64,000 bases of DNA from Armatimonadota bacterium (GTDB taxonomy: Bacteria; Armatimonadota; SYMT01), in assembly GCA_041690135.1 (NCBI GenBank), contig JAWLHY010000005.1, forward strand, positions 160,001-224,000. Reading direction: 5' to 3'. Positions 58,366-64,000 of this stretch are shown here, one piece after another (position 1 is the stretch's first letter; the number at the start of each line of letters is the position of its first letter). The translations under genes were made by a program, and so were the position numbers. Below the pieces are notes generated by a model. That model saw only the letters and a list, made by a program, of their open reading frames with translations. It searched no databases and was not told where the DNA came from.

Positions 58366-60219
58366 TTAGATGCGTTTGAAGCGCTTGAGGAGTTCCTGGA
58401 AGGAGACCTCGACGGCGATGGGACATCCGTGGGGGCAGGTGGCGGGGCTGCCGGCGCGGGCGAGATCTTCGAGGAGGCGGCGGATTTCGTCGAAGCCCAT
58501 GCGGGCGCCCTTCTTGACGGCGGTTTTGCAGGCCGCGGCGGCGACGATCCGATCCGGGAGAGCGGCGCCCGCGTCGGGGGCGCCGGCCCGCTTTGCTTCG
58601 GCCAGTTCGTCCACTACCTGGCGCAGGGCACCGAGCTCCAGGCCGGGATGGATGAACTCGGGCACGCCGCGGATCACGAAGGCATCGCGGCCGAACGGTT
58701 CCAGCTCGTACCCCATCCGGGAGAGGACCGGCAGCATATCATCCACGGCGAGCGCGTCGCGGTGCGTCAACTGGATCGTGAGCGGCGACGGAAGCCGGCG
58801 GGCGACGGCCGTGCCGGTGCGCGAGGCCTCCAGGATGCGGTCGAATAGAACCCGCTCGTGCGCCAGGTGCTGGTCCACGATCACCAGACCGGTAGAGCCC
58901 TCGGCGAGGATGTAGCTGTTCCAGAGTTGCGCTACGGGACGCAGCGCGCCCACCCAGGTAGGCGTAACGGGTTCCAGGTCGGCCAGGGGCAACTGGGTAG
59001 CTTCCGGCGTGAGAGCCTGGGCCGGAAGCTCCGGGGAGGTCGTGGCGGATCCGGATACCGGAATTCCCGTTGACATTACCGGCGCCGCGCCGGGATCGGG
59101 TCCGGCAAACGGGTCATCCATATCCGAGGTGGGTGGCGGAGCCCCGGCCGGGGGCAGCCAGGAGCCGTGCTTCTGGTCTTCGGTCCGCAGCATGTGCTGG
59201 CGCGCGAGGCTCTCCGGCGGCGCCGTCCCGGTGCCCAGGGCCTGGCGGATGGCTTCGTGGACGGCCCGGTGCACTTCCCAGTCCCGCAGGAAGCGCACCT
59301 CCGCTTTGGCGGGATGGACGTTCACATCGACCAGGGCCGGGTCGATGTCGAGGTGGAGGACGGCGAACGGAAAGCGCCCGGGCCCCAGGGTGGCCCGGAA
59401 GGCTTCATCCAAGGCGTGGGACAGCGTCCGGTTGCGTACCCAGCGGCCGTTCACGAAGAAGTGCTGGGCACTGCGGGTGGGGCGGCTCACCGTGGGGCGA
59501 GAGACGTAGCCTTCCACGGCCAGCCCCGGACGGGCCAGGTTGACGGCGAGTAGCTCGCGGGCCAGGTCGTTCCCGTATAGCGTGGCGATGGTGTTGAGCG
59601 GGTCGGGGGAGCCGGGCGCGTGGATGATCTCGTCCCCCTCGGCGAGCAGGCGGAAGGCGACCCCCGGGTGGCTGAGCGCCAGCCGGGTGATGACGTCGCA
59701 GATCTGGCCGAGCTCCGTGCGGGTGGTCTTCAGGAACTTAAGGCGGGCCGGGGTGTTGAAGAAGAGGTCGCGGACGGTGAGGACAGTGCCCTCCGCCGCA
59801 CCGGCCGCCTCCAGTTCGCGGATCTCCCCCGCCTCCACTTCCAGGCGCACGCCTTCCAACTCACCGCGGGCGCGGGTGACCACCGTGAGACGGGAGACGC
59901 TGGCGACACTCGGCAGGGCCTCACCGCGGAATCCAAGGGTGCGGACGACGGCCAGATCTTCGGCGTTGGTGATCTTACTGGTGGCGTGGCGCTGCAGGGC
60001 GAGGACCGCCTCCTGGGCGGTCATCCCGCAGCCGTTGTCCGTGATCCGCATCAGGGCCTGGCCGCCCTCTTCCACCTCCACCGTGACCCGGGTCGCCCCG
60101 GCGTCCAGGGCGTTCTCCACCAACTCCTTGACCACCGAAGCGGGACGCTCCACCACCTCGCCCGCGGCGATTTTACCGGCGACGTCTTCGTCCAGGATGC
60201 GGATGCGGCAATCGGGCAT
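58366..60219 (-). CDS. mutL: DNA mismatch repair protein MutL
   Basis: IAAGEVVERPASVVKELVEN, GFRGEAL, DQHLAHER, CPHG. Confidence 0.97.
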   Translation of the reverse strand: MPDCRIRILDEDVAGKIAAGEVVERPASVVKELVENALDAGATRVTVEVEEGGQALMRITDNGCGMTAQEAVLALQRHATSKITNAEDLAVVRTLGFRGEALPSVASVSRLTVVTRARGELEGVRLEVEAGEIRELEAAGAAEGTVLTVRDLFFNTPARLKFLKTTRTELGQICDVITRLALSHPGVAFRLLAEGDEIIHAPGSPDPLNTIATLYGNDLARELLAVNLARPGLAVEGYVSRPTVSRPTRSAQHFFVNGRWVRNRTLSHALDEAFRATLGPGRFPFAVLHLDIDPALVDVNVHPAKAEVRFLRDWEVHRAVHEAIRQALGTGTAPPESLARQHMLRTEDQKHGSWLPPAGAPPPTSDMDDPFAGPDPGAAPVMSTGIPVSGSATTSPELPAQALTPEATQLPLADLEPVTPTWVGALRPVAQLWNSYILAEGSTGLVIVDQHLAHERVLFDRILEASRTGTAVARRLPSPLTIQLTHRDALAVDDMLPVLSRMGYELEPFGRDAFVIRGVPEFIHPGLELGALRQVVDELAEAKRAGAPDAGAALPDRIVAAAACKTAVKKGARMGFDEIRRLLEDLARAGSPATCPHGCPIAVEVSFQELLKRFKRI

Positions 60220-60248
60220 TCAGGTGTTCAGGCTTTCAGGTGTTCAGG
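60219..60248. repeat. CCTGAAnn octamer x4 abutting the mutL start
   Basis: Minus strand reads cctgaacacctgaaagcctgaacacctgaATG. Confidence 0.8.
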
Positions 60249-60500
60249 CGGGTGTGCGCTGAAGTGGATGCTGACGGATTTGTCGTCTGGGTCCGTAATG
60301 CATAATGCGCAAGGGAACCCCTGGTTACCCTGGCGTGGCAAGGGGATTTCGCCCTTCCAGCCCATAGCATCGTGCGTATCATACACCACCGGGCGGCCCC
60401 ACCTGTAGTGGCCGCCGCGGTTCGAAATACGCATTACGCATTACGCATTACGACAACCCCACGAACGAGCGCCGCTCCTTAATTGCGAACGGCAATACTG

Positions 60501-61529
60501 TTACGAGATCCGAATCACGTACTTGATGACCTCGGTGTCCTTGACGTGGCGGAAGGCTTCGGGGGCTTCTTCCAGCGTGATTTCGTGGGTGATGTAGTCG
60601 CCCGGGCTGACGATGCCGAGCTTTACGAAGTCCATCATCGACTTGTGGGCGGCGGGTTCGTCCGGAGCGAGGCAGCCGACCCAGAAGCTGGGCGGCATAT
60701 AGCGCATGGAGAGCGGGAATTCCTGCAGGTTGTTGATGCCGTAAATGCCCATCTTGCCGTCCGTCGCCAGGAGCCGGCAGAGCTCAACGTAAAGGGAGGC
60801 ATCGCCCGTGGCCTCGATAATAAAATCGACGCCGCGCCCGCCGGTGATTTCCAATACTCGGTCGCGCAGGGAATCGCGGGTGGTATTGATGGTGTGGTCC
60901 GCGCCGAACTTGCGGGCCAGCTCCAGGCGCTCATCGCGGCGGCCGACCGAGATTACTTCCCGTACCCCGTGGAGCTTGGCCATGTGCGTGAAGCCGAGGC
61001 CCACGCCGCCGGTCCCCATGACCAGGACCGTGGATTCCCAGCGGACGCCGATGTTCCGCAGGGCGCTGTAGCACTCCTTGAGGTTGATGAGCACGGGCGC
61101 CTCGTAGGGATCGACCCAGTTCGGGATGACCTGCTGCATCGGCCAGTTGAAGTGGACGGGCATTTCGGGACGGTCCTGCTTGAGGGACTGGTAGTCGGTG
61201 ACCACGCCGAACTCGGCGAAGCTGCCGAAGAAGCAGCCGAGGCCGGGCACCTCCGCACGCGGCCGGAAGACGAGGTCCCCCTCCTTGAAGGCGGTGACCT
61301 TCTTGCCGACCTTCACCACCTCGCCCACGCCTTCGTGGCCAAGGATGCCGGGGTACTGCTGGCCGTCCAGCCAGTCCATCGGGAACCGGCCGGTGAGGAT
61401 CTGGGAGTCGGTGCTGTTGCAGATGGACGCCGCGCGGATGCGGACCAGCGCCTGGTAATCGTTGATCTCGGGCTCGGCGACGTTCTCGACGGTCGCCTTC
61501 CCCGGCTCGGGAACAATCAAGGCTTTCAT
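60501..61529 (-). CDS. Zinc-binding (MDR) dehydrogenase
   Basis: ICNSTD, LGHEGVG, GTGGVG, GRGVD. Confidence 0.9.
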   Translation of the reverse strand: MKALIVPEPGKATVENVAEPEINDYQALVRIRAASICNSTDSQILTGRFPMDWLDGQQYPGILGHEGVGEVVKVGKKVTAFKEGDLVFRPRAEVPGLGCFFGSFAEFGVVTDYQSLKQDRPEMPVHFNWPMQQVIPNWVDPYEAPVLINLKECYSALRNIGVRWESTVLVMGTGGVGLGFTHMAKLHGVREVISVGRRDERLELARKFGADHTINTTRDSLRDRVLEITGGRGVDFIIEATGDASLYVELCRLLATDGKMGIYGINNLQEFPLSMRYMPPSFWVGCLAPDEPAAHKSMMDFVKLGIVSPGDYITHEITLEEAPEAFRHVKDTEVIKYVIRIS

Positions 61530-61635
61530 AGCGGGTGTCTCGTGAAAATCGGGGGCCTTCCAGGCCGTGTGTCAATTGGCGGGTGGGGGGTGCTAATTCC
61601 TGCCGGGTCTGCCAGGGATGGGTTCGGAAGGGGAG

Positions 61636-61971
61636 CCACAGATTTCACAGATTGGGAGGGATTGGGGACGGGAGTTGCCCACAGAAGGACGCGGAAGGGC
61701 GCGGAAAGGGGCGGACAGGGAGTCCACAGATGACGCAGCTCTACAGCCCGTATGGGATGGAAAAGATGAACGGAAAGGAGTAGCCCGCGAAGAGACTCGG
61801 ATGGGAACACGGGGGAGAGTCCACAGATGACGCAGATGGACGCAGATGGAAGAGATAAAGGGAAGTGATGGCCCGCGCCCATACGGGTTCAGGGAGAAGA
61901 TGTGGAAGGGCGCGGTGAGGGACAGTCCGCAGACGGTGCAGCCCTATAGCCCGTACAAGATGGGAAAGATG
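61636..61971. repeat. CACAGAT/CGCAGAT-type repeat tract with direct repeats
   Basis: GAGTCCACAGATGACGCAG exact at 61720 and 61817; degenerate about 48-bp copy at 61721 and 61924. Confidence 0.7.
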
Positions 61972-62114
61972 GGGTGTGGCCCTTACAGATCTGCTCAATT
62001 CCGCGGTACTGCAGGGAAATGGGAAATCCCCTCGCCGAGCCCCACCCGAATCCGCTCTGTTTTGGGTAGACGCCCGGCGAAGGGAGTTCCGCTTACCGGT
62101 ATGGGTGTCCGCGT

Positions 62115-64000
62115 TTAGCGCCGACGGCGGCGCTTGCCGTGGGGGGTGAGGATGCCGGCTTCGTTGCTGTAGCCGGAGGCGGCGCCGGACTTGCCGGAGG
62201 CGCGGACGCGGTAGATGTAGTTCTGTCCGGCGGCCAGGCGGGTGTCCAGGTAGGCCCTCACGTTTTTGCGGACGTTGCCGACTACCTGGAAGCTGCCGTT
62301 CCCGATCTTCCGTTCGATCTGGAAGCCGGTTTCGCCGTTGCTGTTGTCTTTCCAGCGCAGGCGGGCACGACCGCCCGAGAGGACCGTCACCGTGAGTTCG
62401 GATGGTGATTCGAGGCTGTAGGTGGTGCCGGTGGTCGTGACCCGGCCCGAGTCGCCACCGCGGTTGAAGGCTTCGATCTGGTAAACGTAGGTCGTGCTCG
62501 TATCCAGACCGGTATCTTCGTGGCTCATGACGTTGGGGGCCAGGGTCGCTATAAGCTGAAGCCCGGGCACTCCGGTCCGCCCCCGAAAGAGGCGGAATCC
62601 TTCCTCGTTGTTGCTGTTGTCGGTCCAGGTGAGGCGAATGGAGGTTGTAGAGACCGGGGTGGCGGTGAATGCCGAGGGGTCCGCCGGCGCGAACGGCGGG
62701 GTGGAGGCGGCCACCCGGCTCGAGTAAGCGGAGGCTCCGGCGGCGTTCACCGCCCGGACGCGGTAGGTGTAGGTGGAGTCCGGTTGGACGGCCGTATCAG
62801 TGAAGGCCTCAGTGTTCGCTGAAGGAGTGCCGATGCGGGTGAAGGAGTACGGACCGGCGATGCCACCCGTTTTGCGCTCGATTTCGAATCCCGTTTCCGT
62901 GCTGCTGTTGTCGGACCAGGTGAGATGGACCAGATTCGGCGCCATCGCGGCGACCTGCAGATCATTCGGAGCCGCGGGAAGATTGGGAAAGGTCTCCCCT
63001 ATCGTGTCCCCCGCGTAGCTGGAATTCCCGCCGGCATTGTAGGCCTGTACCCGGTAGATGTAGAGCGTGGCCGGCCGCAGCCCGCGATCGAGGTACGTGG
63101 TGACACCGGCACCCACCACCGCCACCGAGTGAAAGGCAGTGGCCGGTGCGAAGGGATCATCTTTGCGGACGATACGGAACCCGGCTTCTCCCGTGCTGCG
63201 GTCGGTCCAGGTGAGGCGAATCTCCGTTGGTGAGACTCCTTCCGCTGTTAACTCACCGGGCGCTTCGGGCACGGGAGGCTGCGTGGTCGCCGCAACGCGA
63301 TTGGTGTAGGGAGAGCGCCCGCCGGTATTGAAAGCGGCGACTCGGTAGGTGTAGGTGGTGTTCGGGTCCAGGTCGGAGTCGCTAGTGGATTCGAAATCCG
63401 GCGGAAGTGTGCGCAGGAGCGTGAACGGTTCATTTCCGCGGCTCCGTTCCACCTCAAAGCCGGTCTCGGTATCGCTATTGTCACTCCACGTGAGGCGGAT
63501 GCGCGTCTGGGAATCTGCCGTTGCCCGAAGATCATTCGGGGTCAAAGGCGGTAGCGGGAGGGTAGTGACACACACGGGGCCGGCTTCGGGCGAATCGCCG
63601 CCGGCGTTGACGGCCCGCAGCCGATAAGCGTACTCCGTTCCGGGCGCCAAACCAGAATCCAGGTAGTGTTCAGCGCCAGTCTCGACCAGGGCGATCTGCT
63701 GGAAGGACTCATTCGCTCGGCGCCGCTCAATCCGGAATCCGGATTCGTTGGAACTGCGGTCGACCCAATGAAGGCGGACTTCCCAACTGGTGAGTGGAAA
63801 CGCGCGCAGTTCTCCAGGGGCAAGCGGCGGAAGGGGCAAGGTGCGGGCGGCGGCTCGGTTGGAATAAGGCGAAGGACCGCCTCCGTTGAGAGCACGGAGA
63901 CGATAGCTGTATTCAGTGTCGGGGATGAGGTTCTCGTCGAGGAAAGCATTAGCCGTGGGCGGCAGGGTGCGATAGGGTGCAAACCCGGCGGCGGCGATCC
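62115..64000 (-). CDS. Fibronectin type III repeat protein (5' part beyond the window)
   Basis: At least 6 repeats of LTWxDNSxxExGFxIER...YxYRVxAxN; frame open to the window edge. Confidence 0.9.
   Translation of the reverse strand, partial: IAAAGFAPYRTLPPTANAFLDENLIPDTEYSYRLRALNGGGPSPYSNRAAARTLPLPPLAPGELRAFPLTSWEVRLHWVDRSSNESGFRIERRRANESFQQIALVETGAEHYLDSGLAPGTEYAYRLRAVNAGGDSPEAGPVCVTTLPLPPLTPNDLRATADSQTRIRLTWSDNSDTETGFEVERSRGNEPFTLLRTLPPDFESTSDSDLDPNTTYTYRVAAFNTGGRSPYTNRVAATTQPPVPEAPGELTAEGVSPTEIRLTWTDRSTGEAGFRIVRKDDPFAPATAFHSVAVVGAGVTTYLDRGLRPATLYIYRVQAYNAGGNSSYAGDTIGETFPNLPAAPNDLQVAAMAPNLVHLTWSDNSSTETGFEIERKTGGIAGPYSFTRIGTPSANTEAFTDTAVQPDSTYTYRVRAVNAAGASAYSSRVAASTPPFAPADPSAFTATPVSTTSIRLTWTDNSNNEEGFRLFRGRTGVPGLQLIATLAPNVMSHEDTGLDTSTTYVYQIEAFNRGGDSGRVTTTGTTYSLESPSELTVTVLSGGRARLRWKDNSNGETGFQIERKIGNGSFQVVGNVRKNVRAYLDTRLAAGQNYIYRVRASGKSGAASGYSNEAGILTPHGKRRRRR

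Noticed and set aside
61636-61971. Possible CRISPR array
   Set aside because: Only 2-3 degenerate copies, irregular spacing and no cas genes
62115-62200. PEP-CTERM sorting signal on the FN3 protein
   Set aside because: No PEP motif and no TM helix before the basic tail

Overview
High-GC bacterial chromosomal segment, standard code 11. The organism is probably a diderm; the gene content is reminiscent of Armatimonadota, which is inference only. About 2.9-39.1 kb is a large Wzx/Wzy-type exopolysaccharide or surface-glycan locus built mainly as two convergent operons. It has Wzc-like, priming GT, O-antigen ligase/polymerase, about 11 GT2/GT4 genes, a GT-C/ArnT-like enzyme, Wzx, a Wza/SLBB exporter, an exosortase plus EpsI, nucleotide-sugar enzymes, three methyltransferases, a sulfotransferase and an acetyltransferase, with a Crp-family regulator and a sigma-70 factor. 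The rest is mostly housekeeping: pyrE, hisH-A-F-I, two 2-oxoacid dehydrogenase E1 sets with an E2, mutL, a sulfatase, an MDR dehydrogenase and a partial FN3-repeat protein. Three features are missed or split by the ORF track: (1) a leaderless His-rich leader peptide with attenuator hairpins upstream of hisH; (2) a TlpA-type selenoprotein (UxxC) with a SECIS hairpin; (3) an inactive rhomboid-like protein whose likely N-terminus contains an in-frame UGA in a poly-Gly run followed by a SECIS-like hairpin, a candidate new selenoprotein. Intergenic regions carry several REP-like and short tandem repeat families. I found no rRNA, tRNA, CRISPR array or transposase.
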